From an uncultured Planctomycetia bacterium (GTDB lineage: Bacteria; Omnitrophota; Gorgyraeia; Duberdicusellales; 4484-171), in assembly GCA_964536865.1 (NCBI GenBank), contig CAZHYN010000002.1, positions 64,608 through 128,607 of the forward strand: DNA of 64,000 bases, written 5' to 3'. Within the stretch, counting starts at the first letter, position 1. The number at the start of each line of letters is the position of its first letter. A program made the translations under genes and the position numbers. Below are positions 1-10,668 of this stretch, piece after piece. The notes beneath the pieces were generated by a model. That model saw only the letters and a list, made by a program, of their open reading frames with translations. It was not told where the DNA came from and ran no database searches.

Positions 1-964
1 TTCCCAAGAATTTTTCACAAACCCAAATGTTAGTTAAGGTATGCAAGGTAATTTGAGATGTAAGAAATTCTCCTCCTAAGAAAGCCATGTAAGGTATAAG
101 ATGATCGGCAAGATGTCTATCACAAGCGGCTCCACTTTCTATTTCTTCTTTAAGTTTTGCTACTGCTTGGTAAGCTACTTTCTCTGCTGATTTACCTCTT
201 TCTCCCAAACTATCACTAAAGAGGATAGTGTTACTAAAATAAGCACAGAGGTAAATTTCGGAGCCAGGAGAGAAAGTATCAGCGTAAAAGAATCTCTCCT
301 CAATCTCTAAGTTAGGGTAACTTTCTTTCAACAACTCCCTAGCTTGGTAGAGTTGTCTTTGAGCTACATTTTTCTCCTTAAGAGAAGAGGAAGCAATACT
401 TGTTATAGATACCTTAAGAAAGGGGCCTCTCTGGGTAAGATTAATGCCTCTTAAGTCACTTTTTTTTACTCTTAAAGAAACTCCCCCTCCTCCTTTAGGA
501 TAGTATCCTCTCCTCATTACCTGGAGATGAGCGTTTATCCTTAGAAGAGGAAATACCACTTTAGGATAGAAATCTACAGGAGGAGCCCACCTCCCCGCTG
601 TCCCTCCTCCTACTTTTAAGGTTACTTCTTTATTTAAGATTACAACCGGTAAAAGAATTGCTTGAATAATTAACCCAATAGAAGCAGCTGTCTCTGTTTT
701 TAAAAAGATAGAGGAAGCCTTAACTTCTGAAGAAGGAAGAAAATGAATTCTCTGAGAACCAAGAGAAGCTCCCTGACAGGAAGCAGCGAATATTTTCTGG
801 AAAGCTTGGATTACATACAGATGTTGAGTTGCTAATCCAGGGTTTTTTCTTTTTTTTCTTATATTAAATATCTCTACTTCCTCCCCTAAGATAGTAGAAA
901 GTCCTAAAGCTGTCCTTAAAATCTGACCTCCTCCCTCTAGATAAGAACCATCTATAGAAACCAT
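1..964 (-). CDS. rtcA: RNA 3'-terminal phosphate cyclase RtcA; C-terminus truncated by the window edge. The ORF is not in the supplied track because it runs off the edge.
   Basis: Reverse translation from ATG at 964-962 gives MVSIDGSYLEGGGQILRTALGLSTILGEEVEIFNIRKKRKNPGLATQHL..., matching the RtcA N-terminal signature (GGGQILRTALxLS, PGL..QHL). The start overlaps the stop of the upstream ORF. Confidence 0.8.
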   Translation of the reverse strand, partial: MVSIDGSYLEGGGQILRTALGLSTILGEEVEIFNIRKKRKNPGLATQHLYVIQAFQKIFAASCQGASLGSQRIHFLPSSEVKASSIFLKTETAASIGLIIQAILLPVVILNKEVTLKVGGGTAGRWAPPVDFYPKVVFPLLRINAHLQVMRRGYYPKGGGGVSLRVKKSDLRGINLTQRGPFLKVSITSIASSSLKEKNVAQRQLYQARELLKESYPNLEIEERFFYADTFSPGSEIYLCAYFSNTILFSDSLGERGKSAEKVAYQAVAKLKEEIESGAACDRHLADHLIPYMAFLGGEFLTSQITLHTLTNIWVCEKFLG

Positions 965-1896
965 TTTTTCTTTTCTTTGATGTACTCTCTTATTATCTTA
1001 GCGTGGTCAAACACTATTTTCTTAGGCAAACTATCCAATCTAAAAACTTGAGCATTTTTAGCATCAGAAGAAGAAAGAAGATGACCTCTTCCTTTCCCTA
1101 CGAACACTACCGAAACAGTATGAAATCGAGGATCCCGGTTAGGATTAGAATAAACTTTAAACTGCTTAAAGTTTACAAAATCTAAATTCGTCTCCTCCTT
1201 CACTTCTCTTTTTACCGCTTCTTCCACACTCTCGCCATAATCTACGAACCCTCCAGGGAGAGCCCAACCAAAAGGAGGATTACTTCTCTCTATCATCACA
1301 ATTCCTTGGGCGAATTCTACTATCCCATCTACAGTGAGAAAGGGGCCTTGGCATACCTTCTTACTGATATAATCTAAGTACCCCAAAAGATTTTTTTTGA
1401 AAACTGACAATGCTTGAAGGGAAGTGAGAGCAAAAACAATCTTTTTAAGAGACGGCTTTTCGATTTCTCTTAAGTAACGGAACACTTCCTGAGCCATTAT
1501 CTTAGCAGAGAGAGAATAGGAAAGTTTACCTGTGCCACACCCTAAAGCACAGAAAGAAAGAGAATGAATACGTTTGCTCTGAGCTAAGCGTAAAGTAGCA
1601 GCAGTGGCTTTTCTAATTACTTCTTCGTTAGTTTTAAAATCTAACCCCATAGTTACTGCATGAATCACATACTTAGCCTTCAGTGCGCCAGCCTTAGTAA
1701 TAATAGCCTCCCCCTTTTTTGCGGGAGCGTGTTTTTGAGCCTCTCTTTCAATTATTTCCCCACCCTTTCTTTTTATAGCCCTAGCTACTCCTCCTCCCAT
1801 AAGGAAATGAGTATTAGCAGAGTTAACTATCGCTTCGGTATTTGCCTCGGTGATATCCCTCTTAACTACCTTAATTTCCATCCCTTTTATAAGCAT
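952..1896 (-). CDS. Macro-domain (ADP-ribose/Appr-1''-p processing) fused to a C-terminal Nudix hydrolase
   Basis: N-terminus carries the macro motifs VNSANTHFLMGGGVARAI and AGALKAKYVIHAV. C-terminus carries the Nudix box GGFVDYGESVEEAVKREVKEETNL. Confidence 0.8.
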   Translation of the reverse strand: MLIKGMEIKVVKRDITEANTEAIVNSANTHFLMGGGVARAIKRKGGEIIEREAQKHAPAKKGEAIITKAGALKAKYVIHAVTMGLDFKTNEEVIRKATAATLRLAQSKRIHSLSFCALGCGTGKLSYSLSAKIMAQEVFRYLREIEKPSLKKIVFALTSLQALSVFKKNLLGYLDYISKKVCQGPFLTVDGIVEFAQGIVMIERSNPPFGWALPGGFVDYGESVEEAVKREVKEETNLDFVNFKQFKVYSNPNRDPRFHTVSVVFVGKGRGHLLSSSDAKNAQVFRLDSLPKKIVFDHAKIIREYIKEKKKWFL

Positions 1897-3328
1897 TCTT
1901 CCTCCCTTCCAGATAAGCCTTAGCTACTCGGTAAGCTTCCCTTTTACTCTTCACATTACCCAAGGCTTGCTCCTCCTTAATCTTAGCAAGTATCTCTCCC
2001 ACCAAGGGAGAGGGAGCCAAATTAAACCTTCTCATTATATCAAATCCATCCACTATCTTAGATAGAGGTTTCTTTTTTCTTTCATTAAAGTAAAAATCAA
2101 TAAGTTTAAACATCACTCTCTCATGGATTAATCTCTTCTTTCTGTTAGTGAGTGGCCCTCTGGTAGCCCGCCAGTCCGCTAAAGATAAAAGAATAACCGA
2201 AACTCCTTCCTCATCAGTATCTCTAAAAAATCTATAAATTGCCCTCTGGGAGGGGAAAATCTCTCCTGCTAAGTAACCTGGCCTTAAGTGCCAAAAAATC
2301 AATTTCCTAAGAACTTCTTTCTCTTTTACCGATAGTTTAATCTCTTGAGCAAACTCCTCAGCTACCTCTGCTCCTATCTTCTCATGAGTATGAAATATAG
2401 TCTTTTTACCTTTGACCCTCTTCGCAAAAGGTTTACCAATATCGTGAAGAAGACAGGCAAGTTTTAAAATGTGAATTCTCTTCCTATTTTTAGCTAACTC
2501 CTGATTAAGATAATCAACTATCTCTGAAGACTTAGTCAATCTTCGGCGGTAAAGAATTTCAAAGCGAGAAAGTGTTTGAAGAGAATGTTCCCAGACATCT
2601 AGGTGATGATATCCTCCTTGGTATACCCCGCGGGATTTCCTTATGTAAGGAATGATTTCATCGAGAATAAAGAGATCACTCATTTTTTTTATTACCGAAT
2701 AACTATAGGAGCTATCTAAAATTTTAAACAACTCTTCATTTATTCGTTCAGGAGATACTTTTTTTAATAATTCTCTGTGTTTTTTTAAAAACTTAAGGGT
2801 TTGCGTTTCTATCTGCAAGTTATACCTTGCCCATAAACTAAACGCTCTCAAGATTCTTAAAGGATCTTCTAAAATAACTTCTTCACTTACTGCTCTTATA
2901 ATTTTCTTTCTTAAATCTCTGATAGCTTCCAAGCGATCGATCACCTGAACATGAGGAAAGTGATTCACATTTAGAAGTAAGGTATTTATAGAAAAATCCC
3001 TCCTTAAAAGATCATCCTCTAAACTATCTCCCTTTAGCTGAGAAAAATCGTAGTGATAAATATTCTCTTTTTTCTTTACAATTACTCGATAAGTTCTCTC
3101 CTTTTTATCTAATACAATCCATTTGCAGTTTATCTTTCGAGAAAAAGCAACAGAAAACCTTTCAGCATCCTTTTCAACAACAAAATCAAAATCAAAATTC
3201 TCTTCTCTGTTTAAATAAAGATCTCTTAAAAAACCTCCTACTAAATACACATCTACCTTCATCTCGTTAGCTAATCTCTTTATAGATAAAAGGTAAGGAA
3301 TATTTGCTACCTTATCTTTTATTTGCAT
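1871..3328 (-). CDS. cca: CCA-adding tRNA nucleotidyltransferase / poly(A) polymerase family with HD domain
   Basis: GGFLRDLYLNRE nucleotidyltransferase motif; HD motif LLHDIGKP. Confidence 0.8.
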   Translation of the reverse strand: MQIKDKVANIPYLLSIKRLANEMKVDVYLVGGFLRDLYLNREENFDFDFVVEKDAERFSVAFSRKINCKWIVLDKKERTYRVIVKKKENIYHYDFSQLKGDSLEDDLLRRDFSINTLLLNVNHFPHVQVIDRLEAIRDLRKKIIRAVSEEVILEDPLRILRAFSLWARYNLQIETQTLKFLKKHRELLKKVSPERINEELFKILDSSYSYSVIKKMSDLFILDEIIPYIRKSRGVYQGGYHHLDVWEHSLQTLSRFEILYRRRLTKSSEIVDYLNQELAKNRKRIHILKLACLLHDIGKPFAKRVKGKKTIFHTHEKIGAEVAEEFAQEIKLSVKEKEVLRKLIFWHLRPGYLAGEIFPSQRAIYRFFRDTDEEGVSVILLSLADWRATRGPLTNRKKRLIHERVMFKLIDFYFNERKKKPLSKIVDGFDIMRRFNLAPSPLVGEILAKIKEEQALGNVKSKREAYRVAKAYLEGRKNAYKRDGN

Positions 3329-3338
3329 AAAAGGTGGG

Positions 3339-3797
3339 TTAAAAGTATACTAACTTTGGATCTAAACTCTGTAAATCTAAAATAACTAAAGAAGATTTCT
3401 CAGTAAGCCATCCACAAGCCTCTCCAGGGTTTATAAGGAGCTTATCGCCAACTTTCTCTATTTGAGGATGGTGGGTGTGACCAGATATAATTATCTGAGC
3501 CTCAACAGGGCTGAATTGATGAGTAACAGCAATCTTCTTTTCTTGAACTTCCCAAAGTAAAGGAGGCGGCTTTATCCGTCCTCCCGATTTTTTACTCAAT
3601 CCTTCTTTCTCTCCATCGTTGTTTCCAAAAACTCCTGCCCAATCACATCTTAACTCTTGGAAAGGATCTAGAGAAAAAGGAGCAATAAAATCTCCGGCAT
3701 GAAACACAAAATCAACTTCGTGTTCGTTAAATATCTTAACTGCTTCTCTAATCTTTACTAAGTTGTCATGAGTATCACTGATAATCCCTATCTTCAT
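3339..3797 (-). CDS. YfcE/MJ0936-family metallophosphoesterase
   Basis: [12 protein letters not shown]...FHAGD...GHTH calcineurin-like motifs. Confidence 0.75.
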   Translation of the reverse strand: MKIGIISDTHDNLVKIREAVKIFNEHEVDFVFHAGDFIAPFSLDPFQELRCDWAGVFGNNDGEKEGLSKKSGGRIKPPPLLWEVQEKKIAVTHQFSPVEAQIIISGHTHHPQIEKVGDKLLINPGEACGWLTEKSSLVILDLQSLDPKLVYF

Positions 3798-4192
3798 AAC
3801 CCCTGTTCTAATCTTCTAAATACTTCTTCCTCAACAAACATAGGAGAGTTAGTTCTTACTGCCAGAGCTATACTGTCTGAAGGACGAGCATCTACAATTT
3901 TGGTACCTTCTTTAGTAATTAAGAAAAGCTTAGCGTGAAAAGTACTATCCACCAACTTATCAATAACTATCTTCTCTAACCTAACTTCTAAAGCATCAAA
4001 TAAAGATTTCATCAAATCATGAGTGAGAGGTCGGGGGGGTATAAATCCACTCAATTTCATCCTTACTGCCAAAGCTTCAGTTAATCCAATTACAATAGGA
4101 AGAGTCTTTGAGCCATTCTTTTCTCTTAAAACAATTATCTGCTCTCTCTTGGCCTCATCAATAATGATTCTAGATAACTCTACCTCAATCAT
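3794..4192 (-). CDS. Bifunctional nuclease (DUF151/BFN) family protein
   Basis: Size and conserved IVIGLTEA...DARPSD block typical of the BFN domain. Confidence 0.6.
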   Translation of the reverse strand: MIEVELSRIIIDEAKREQIIVLREKNGSKTLPIVIGLTEALAVRMKLSGFIPPRPLTHDLMKSLFDALEVRLEKIVIDKLVDSTFHAKLFLITKEGTKIVDARPSDSIALAVRTNSPMFVEEEVFRRLEQGL

Positions 4193-4650
4193 TTCACTTT
4201 TTTACTTAAAATATCTCTTAATTCTCTTAAAAATTGGTTTACATCTTTAAACTGACGATACACAGAAGCAAATCTTACATAAGCTACATCATCGATCTGG
4301 GAAAGTCTTTCCATCACCAGTTCTCCTATATAGCGAGAATCTACTTCCTGATCAAATTTCTTCTGAATGTCTTTTTCTATATCGGAAACAAGTTTATCTA
4401 ATCTCTCCACACTTATAGGTCTTTTCTGACAGGCCTTGATTAATCCCTCAAGGATCTTCTGACGGTTAAAAGGTTCACGACGCCCATCTTTTTTTACTAC
4501 CATGAGAGGAATCTTCTCTACATACTCATAGGTAGTAAACCTCCTCCCACAATTTAAGCATTCTCTCCTTCTCCTTATAGAAGCTCCCTCTTGAGTCTCC
4601 CGAGAATCAACTACTTTATCCTCATTATGGTTACAGTAAGGGCACCTCAT
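4189..4650 (-). CDS. nrdR: Transcriptional repressor NrdR
   Basis: [18 protein letters not shown]...[12 protein letters not shown] zinc ribbon followed by an ATP-cone. Confidence 0.9.
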   Translation of the reverse strand: MRCPYCNHNEDKVVDSRETQEGASIRRRRECLNCGRRFTTYEYVEKIPLMVVKKDGRREPFNRQKILEGLIKACQKRPISVERLDKLVSDIEKDIQKKFDQEVDSRYIGELVMERLSQIDDVAYVRFASVYRQFKDVNQFLRELRDILSKKVK

Positions 4651-5115
4651 CTAAACTAATTTTTTCGAAAGTTTTCTCAACTTAATCTTTCCTTCCTTTA
4701 AAAACTCTTCTGCCATCTTATCAGGGTAGCTATCCCGATAGATTATCTCCTTTATCCCTGCATTTATAATCATCTTAGCACAGATACTACAGGGAGCGCA
4801 AGTAACATATAAAGTGCTTCCCTCAATTGAGACTCCATGTAAGGCTGCCTGAATGATTACATTTTGCTCAGCATGAAGACCACGACAAATCTCATGACGA
4901 ACTCCTGAGGGAACTTTTAACTTTTCTCTCAAGCATCCTACTACTTCACAGTGCTCTAACCCTTGAGGAGCTCCATTGTAACCAGTAGCTAAAATTCTTC
5001 TATCTTTAACTAAAACTGCTCCCACCTTTCTTCTTAAACAAGTAGAACGCTGAGAAACAAGCTCAGCTACACTCATAAAGTAAGTATCCCAATCAGGTCG
5101 ACTACTTTTTCCCAT
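4651..5115 (-). CDS. dCMP deaminase (ComEB-like cytidine/deoxycytidylate deaminase)
   Basis: HAEQNVI and [11 protein letters not shown] zinc-binding motifs. Confidence 0.8.
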   Translation of the reverse strand: MGKSSRPDWDTYFMSVAELVSQRSTCLRRKVGAVLVKDRRILATGYNGAPQGLEHCEVVGCLREKLKVPSGVRHEICRGLHAEQNVIIQAALHGVSIEGSTLYVTCAPCSICAKMIINAGIKEIIYRDSYPDKMAEEFLKEGKIKLRKLSKKLV

Positions 5116-6358
5116 TAAATTCAGGGTAAAGAGGGAAATCTTCCAGTAATCTGTGAACTTCTCTCTTTATCTGATCTAACTTTTGAGAATCATCCCGATA
5201 TCTAACAGCTCTATCTATAAAATCAGAAATTATATCCATTTCTTTTTCTTTCATTCCTCGGGTAGTTACTGCAGGAGTTCCTATTCTTATCCCACTGGTA
5301 ATTTTTGGAGGATTGGGATCAAAAGGTATAAGGTTCTTATTTACAGTAATATCCACCTCCTCTAAAATGTCAGCACATTCTTTCCCTGTTAAATCCTTGG
5401 GACGTAAGTCCACCAGGAAGAGATGAGTATCTGTACCTCCACTTACTATGCGATAACCTCTCTTTTCTAGAGATTCTGCAAAAGCTCTTGCATTATCCAG
5501 AATTTTCCTCTGATACTCTCTAAATTCCTCAGTAAACGCTAACCCAAAAGCAACCGCTTTAGCAGCGATTATATGCATAAGAGGACCGCCTTGAACACCA
5601 GGAAATACTGCACTATCAATTTTTTTGGCGAACTCTTTTCTACACAGAATAAACCCTGCTCGTGGTCCTCTTAACGTCTTATGTGTGGTAGAGGTTACAA
5701 AATCTGCCAAGGGGGTGGGGTTAGGATAAAATCCTGCTGCTACCATCCCAGCAAAGTGAGCCATATCTACTAGAAAAAGTGCTCCTACTCTATCACAAAT
5801 TTTACGAAACTTTTCAAAGTCAATTATCCTAGGATAAGCGCTAGCCCCAGCAATAATCAGCTTGGGCTTATGTTTTAAGGCTAACTCCTCTATCTCATTG
5901 TAATCCAAACTCTCAGTTTCACGGTTTAATCCATAAGCTATCACATTGTAAAATTTTCCACTAAAATTTAAAGGGTGACCATGAGAGAGATGCCCTCCAC
6001 AAGCTAAATCCATAGCTAAAATTGTTTCCCCTACTTTCAAGGTAGCTAACATTACTGCCATATTTGCCTGTGTCCCTGAATGTGGCTGAACGTTGGCATG
6101 CTCGGCACCAAATAGTTTCTTTACTCTCTCTCTAGCTAAATCTTCAACTTCATCAACAAATTGGCAACCTCCGTACCAGCGAGCACGGGGATAACCTTCG
6201 GCATACTTATTAGTAAGTGGGGAGCTAGCAGCTTCCAAAACTGCTAAAGGAGCAAAGTTTTCACTAGCAATAAGTTCAATTTGACTCTTCTGCCTTTTGA
6301 TTTCTCTTAAAATACTTTTGTATACTTGAGGATCGATCTCCTTAAGATACTCAAACAC
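5102..6358 (-). CDS. glyA: Serine hydroxymethyltransferase
   Basis: [15 protein letters not shown]-lysine motif; full-length SHMT similarity. Confidence 0.95.
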   Translation of the reverse strand: MFEYLKEIDPQVYKSILREIKRQKSQIELIASENFAPLAVLEAASSPLTNKYAEGYPRARWYGGCQFVDEVEDLARERVKKLFGAEHANVQPHSGTQANMAVMLATLKVGETILAMDLACGGHLSHGHPLNFSGKFYNVIAYGLNRETESLDYNEIEELALKHKPKLIIAGASAYPRIIDFEKFRKICDRVGALFLVDMAHFAGMVAAGFYPNPTPLADFVTSTTHKTLRGPRAGFILCRKEFAKKIDSAVFPGVQGGPLMHIIAAKAVAFGLAFTEEFREYQRKILDNARAFAESLEKRGYRIVSGGTDTHLFLVDLRPKDLTGKECADILEEVDITVNKNLIPFDPNPPKITSGIRIGTPAVTTRGMKEKEMDIISDFIDRAVRYRDDSQKLDQIKREVHRLLEDFPLYPEFNGKK

Positions 6359-6812
6359 TCTCCTCCTCCTCTATCAACCTAATTTTTCTTACCCGACGTA
6401 AGTGTCTGCCACCCTCAAACTCTATGTTTAACCATCGCCAGACAATTTTTTTTGCCAAAAGGAAAGTTAGAAATCCTGCACCTAACACAATGATATTAGT
6501 ATCGTTATGTCTTCTACTTAAAGTTGCTGTCCTTAAGTTGTAAACTAAACCCGCTCTTACCCCCTTAACTTTATTAGCACAAATACTACTGCCTATTCCT
6601 GTGTAACAGATAACGATTCCTTTATTTACTCTCCTATCCCTTACTGCCTTAGCTAAAGGGTAAACATAATCAGGGTAATCACAAGGTTCATTAGAATAAG
6701 TACCGTAATCAACCATGGATATATTCTTTGTTTTTAAAAACTCAATTAGAACATTCTTTAATTTAAACCCGCGATGATCACTAGCTATCCCCACTCTCAT
6801 ACTTATAACCAA
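6351..6812 (-). CDS. rpiB: Ribose-5-phosphate isomerase B
   Basis: [15 protein letters not shown]...[13 protein letters not shown] RpiB/LacAB signature. Confidence 0.85.
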   Translation of the reverse strand: MVISMRVGIASDHRGFKLKNVLIEFLKTKNISMVDYGTYSNEPCDYPDYVYPLAKAVRDRRVNKGIVICYTGIGSSICANKVKGVRAGLVYNLRTATLSRRHNDTNIIVLGAGFLTFLLAKKIVWRWLNIEFEGGRHLRRVRKIRLIEEEESV

Positions 6813-7864
6813 TCTCTTAATTCTAGAATTGCCTTCTTTATCAACTCATAAACTTGGAAGTAAACCTCGTAAGGTTTACCCATTGGATCAGGTATGTCTT
6901 CCTCCATATCTAAAGGTAAAAATTTCTTCAGACAAAAAACCCTTGGCTCGGAAGTAGGCTCTAACTTCACAATGTGCTCTTTCTGAGCATCACTCATAGT
7001 AAAAATCAAATCTGAAGAAAGGATGGTTCTTCTATCTAATCGTTTAGATTTATGGTTTTCTAAGACTATACCCTCCTCTTTTTTTAAAATCTCCGCTACA
7101 GTAGGAGATAAAGGAGAACCTTCCAAAGAATGAAGACCTCTAGAAATAATCTCATAACGCTGAAAGGTATGTGGGTCATACTCAGAGAGGTATTTTTTTA
7201 AAAGGTACTCTCCCATTACTGAACGGCAAGTATTCCCTGTACATACAAAAACAATTCTCTTCTTCACATAGATATCTACTATTTCTTTAACAGAAACTAC
7301 CCCTTCTCTTAGAATTTTAAAAGGGTGATAAGTCAAGTCTATCACTGTAGAAGGTTTAAAGTAAACAGGAGGGCCAGCGTCGACGATTAAATCTACATTC
7401 CCATCGAATTTTTCTTCCACTTCCTTAGCACTTACTGCTTCTTTTTCCCCACTCAGGTTAGCTGAAGGCAAATAAACAGGAGCACCTACTACTCGAAGAA
7501 TCCCTGCTAAGATTTTATGAGCAGGTACTCTCACTCCTATCTTCTCTCCTTCTTTAGAGTAATACACCACAGTAAGAGGTCCTGGCCAGTACTTCTCTAA
7601 CAAGCGATATCCATAAGGAGGAAGAATAGAAAGAAAGGAAAGAGCTTTCTCCACGTCAGGCGTATGTAAACTAAAAGGTTTGTTAGGATCTCTTTGCTTA
7701 ATCTGGTATAATCTCTCTACCGCCGATTTATTAGTGGAGAGGGCAGCTAAACCGTAAACAGTTTCAGTAGGAAGAGCGACAATCCCTCCTTTCATAAGAA
7801 TCTCTTTTACTTCCTTCCCCAAAAATGGAATATCTCCAGAAGCTAAGGCATCCAATTTTTTCAT
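6803..7864 (-). CDS. L-threonylcarbamoyladenylate synthase (TsaC/YrdC) fused to an LMW phosphatase domain (YwlE-like)
   Basis: N-terminal LPTETVYGLAA...KQRDPNKPFSLH YrdC motif. C-terminal CTGNTCRS P-loop of low-molecular-weight phosphatases. Confidence 0.8.
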   Translation of the reverse strand: MKKLDALASGDIPFLGKEVKEILMKGGIVALPTETVYGLAALSTNKSAVERLYQIKQRDPNKPFSLHTPDVEKALSFLSILPPYGYRLLEKYWPGPLTVVYYSKEGEKIGVRVPAHKILAGILRVVGAPVYLPSANLSGEKEAVSAKEVEEKFDGNVDLIVDAGPPVYFKPSTVIDLTYHPFKILREGVVSVKEIVDIYVKKRIVFVCTGNTCRSVMGEYLLKKYLSEYDPHTFQRYEIISRGLHSLEGSPLSPTVAEILKKEEGIVLENHKSKRLDRRTILSSDLIFTMSDAQKEHIVKLEPTSEPRVFCLKKFLPLDMEEDIPDPMGKPYEVYFQVYELIKKAILELRDWL

Positions 7865-8331
7865 CTCTTAAATTTCTCTTCCATTCGCCTAAGAATCTCT
7901 GCATAATCCTTATAGAAGAGAGTAAGGATTTTTAAAGAAAAAATTACTCCATTGATAAACCCCTTCTTCCCTATTCCTGTAGAAACTAAGCCAACTCCCT
8001 TAGGGACCTCAGCGATAGAAAAAAGACTCTCCACCCCCTTTAAAGGACCAGAATCTAAGGGGACCCCAATAACAGGAATATCTAAATAGGAGGCAACCAC
8101 TCCAGGTAGTGCAGCAGAGAGTCCTGCACAAGCAATAATAATCTCTATACCTTCTTTTTTAGCATGTTTACAAAAATTTTGCAGTTTATAAGGAGAGCGA
8201 TGAGCAGAAATTACCTCTAATCGGTAAGGACAATTTATATCTTTTAAAAGGTTAAATACCTCTGTTAATCTCTCTAAGTCCGATTTACTACCTAAGAGAA
8301 TAGCAATTTTAGGCTTTTCCTTCCTTCTCAT
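7861..8331 (-). CDS. purE: N5-carboxyaminoimidazole ribonucleotide mutase PurE
   Basis: KIAILLGSKSDL...ACAGLSAALPGVVAS PurE signature. Confidence 0.85.
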   Translation of the reverse strand: MRRKEKPKIAILLGSKSDLERLTEVFNLLKDINCPYRLEVISAHRSPYKLQNFCKHAKKEGIEIIIACAGLSAALPGVVASYLDIPVIGVPLDSGPLKGVESLFSIAEVPKGVGLVSTGIGKKGFINGVIFSLKILTLFYKDYAEILRRMEEKFKR

Positions 8332-8352
8332 ATTTTCCTTAATTTTATCTTC

Positions 8353-9648
8353 TTATGATAAAAATTTCAATCCTTTATTTCCTATATCTTGGCGATAATG
8401 CATCCCTTCAAAAGAGATCTTTTTTATAGCAGAGTAGACTTTTTCTTGAGCTCTGCGAAAATCAGAATCCAAACCTACAATATTAAGAACTCTTCCTCCG
8501 TTAGTGACGAAAAAATTACTTCCTGTCTGAGTATCGAGAACTTTTTTTGTTCCTGCATGAAATACAAGAATATCCTCTAACTTCTCTAAACTTTCTAAGC
8601 CATTGATTATTTTTCCTTTCTCATATTTTCCTGGATAACCTCCCGAAGCTAAAACTACACAGATACAGAAACGCTGATCCCAAACTAAATTTATTCTCCT
8701 TAGTTTCCCTTCGATGTTAGCTAATATAACCTCTACTAAATCACTCCTCAATTTAGGTAGAATTGCTTGCGTCTCCGGATCACCAAAGCGTACATTAAAC
8801 TCCAGCAAGTAAGGTTCCCCTTCAGTAATCATTAAACCTAGATAAATAATTCCCTTATAAACCTTATTCTCCTTCTTTAGTCCCTTAACTAAGGGAGAGA
8901 GAATCTTGTCTTCAATTTTTGAAAAAACCAAATCCCCCACTAAAGGAGCAGGAGCATATGCTCCCATTCCTCCTGTATTGGGTCCTTGATCATTGTCAAA
9001 TACAGGTTTATGATCCTGAGAAGTCACTAAAGGCAAAAATGTATCGCTATCTAAAAAAGCTAATAAAGATGCCTCCTCTCCTTCTAAAAAATCTTCAACT
9101 ACAACTTTCTCTCCTGCTGCTCCAAACTCTTTATTAATCATTATCCGCTGTATAGCTTCTCTAGCCTGGGAAAGGTTGTGGCAGATAATTGCCCCTTTCC
9201 CTCCTGCTAACCCGTCAGCTTTCACTACACAGGGGAAATCACATCTTTCTATATAGCTAAATGCCTTACCAGCATTATCAAAAATCTCAAAATCTGCAGT
9301 AGGTATCCCATACCTTCTCATAAATTGCTTAGCAAAAACTTTACTTCCTTCTAAAATAGCTACGTCTTTTGTAGGGCCGAAAATTTTTAATCCTCTCTTA
9401 TTAAATTCATCTACAATACCTTCTACTAAAGGAGCCTCTGGACCTACAACAGTAAGATCAACTCTCTCCCTTAAAGCGAATTTTACCATTCCTTCTATAT
9501 CTTTAGGTTGGATATCCACGTTTTCTGCAAGAAGAGCTGTGCCTCCATTACCAGGAGCGCAGAATACCTTATCTACGTAAGAAGAGTTTTTAATCTTATA
9601 AACTAAGCAGTGTTCTCGTCCTCCTCCTCCTATCACCAAGACCTTCAT
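8353..9648 (-). CDS. purD: Phosphoribosylamine-glycine ligase
   Basis: MKVLVIGGGGREH start and ATP-grasp body. Confidence 0.95.
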   Translation of the reverse strand: MKVLVIGGGGREHCLVYKIKNSSYVDKVFCAPGNGGTALLAENVDIQPKDIEGMVKFALRERVDLTVVGPEAPLVEGIVDEFNKRGLKIFGPTKDVAILEGSKVFAKQFMRRYGIPTADFEIFDNAGKAFSYIERCDFPCVVKADGLAGGKGAIICHNLSQAREAIQRIMINKEFGAAGEKVVVEDFLEGEEASLLAFLDSDTFLPLVTSQDHKPVFDNDQGPNTGGMGAYAPAPLVGDLVFSKIEDKILSPLVKGLKKENKVYKGIIYLGLMITEGEPYLLEFNVRFGDPETQAILPKLRSDLVEVILANIEGKLRRINLVWDQRFCICVVLASGGYPGKYEKGKIINGLESLEKLEDILVFHAGTKKVLDTQTGSNFFVTNGGRVLNIVGLDSDFRRAQEKVYSAIKKISFEGMHYRQDIGNKGLKFLS

Positions 9649-9660
9649 CCTTCCTCCTAT

Positions 9661-10668
9661 TTAAACAAATTTTATCTTCTCCTTTGTCTTTGCCACTTCT
9701 CCAATAAGATAAACAGGACAAAATCTTTGGAGAGTATTTACGATTTTCTTAACATCCTTCCTATTCACTACTAGAATCATCCCTATACCCATGTTAAATA
9801 CTGAATACATCTCTCTATCATCTATATTGGCTTTCTCTTGAATAACTTTAAAAATTTTAGGAACGGGCCAACTCTCTTTCTCTAATATCACGCCATAACC
9901 AGAAGGGATTATCTTAGTAAGCTTGCTGTAAAAAGCTCCTCCAGTAATATGAGCAACTCCTTTGACCTTAGAAAAGTATCTTTTATTATTTAAAAGATTA
10001 CAGATAGCTCTTACATAAATACGTGTGGGTTTAAGTAACTGTTGAGCGTAATATTTTATTTCTTTTTTAGAAAAAACTCTTCTTACCAGGGAGAAACCAT
10101 TGGAATGTAATCCATTAGAAGCCAAACCCACCAGTAGATTCCCTTCACGAATACCCCTGCCATCAATTATTTTTTCTCTGCTAACTACTCCTAAACAAAA
10201 ACCAGCTAAGTCGTACTCATCTTTTTCATACATACCTGGCATCTCTGCAGTCTCTCCCCCTATAAGAAGACAACTCGCTTCTCTTAGAGCTTTTTTTATC
10301 CCTATCAAAACTTCTCTTAAAATTAAAATGTTTAATCTTCCGCAAGCGATGTAATCAGAAAAGAAAAGAGGAGTTGCCCCCAGAGAGATGATATCGTTTA
10401 CATTCATCGCTACTAAATCTATTCCTACGCTACGATGGTAGTTAAGGTATTGAGCAATCTTTAGTTTTGTCCCTACTCCATCACAAGAGGAAACAAGAAG
10501 AGGATTTTTGTATTTCTCAATCACTCTTTTTAAAGGGAAGAAAGAACCAAAAGCAGAAACTCTTTCTATTCTTCTCTCTGGAAAGAGCTTTTTAATTACA
10601 TCCACTAAATCTTCTCCTTTTTTTATATCTACCCCACAACTTTTATAAGTCAGCTTTTCCCTATCCAT
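9661..10668 (-). CDS. purM: Phosphoribosylformylglycinamidine cyclo-ligase
   Basis: AIR synthase family similarity (SCGVDI, GGETAEMPG). Confidence 0.9.
   Translation of the reverse strand: MDREKLTYKSCGVDIKKGEDLVDVIKKLFPERRIERVSAFGSFFPLKRVIEKYKNPLLVSSCDGVGTKLKIAQYLNYHRSVGIDLVAMNVNDIISLGATPLFFSDYIACGRLNILILREVLIGIKKALREASCLLIGGETAEMPGMYEKDEYDLAGFCLGVVSREKIIDGRGIREGNLLVGLASNGLHSNGFSLVRRVFSKKEIKYYAQQLLKPTRIYVRAICNLLNNKRYFSKVKGVAHITGGAFYSKLTKIIPSGYGVILEKESWPVPKIFKVIQEKANIDDREMYSVFNMGIGMILVVNRKDVKKIVNTLQRFCPVYLIGEVAKTKEKIKFV

Noticed and set aside
1003-2065. Several plus-strand ORFs of 60-90 aa antisense to the macro/Nudix and CCA genes
   Set aside because: Low-complexity translations with no RBS, antisense to strong coding regions. 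The same applies to the other short opposite-strand ORFs in the track, e.g. 4023-4250, 8389-9137, 10100-10354, 28219-28566, 37492-38279.
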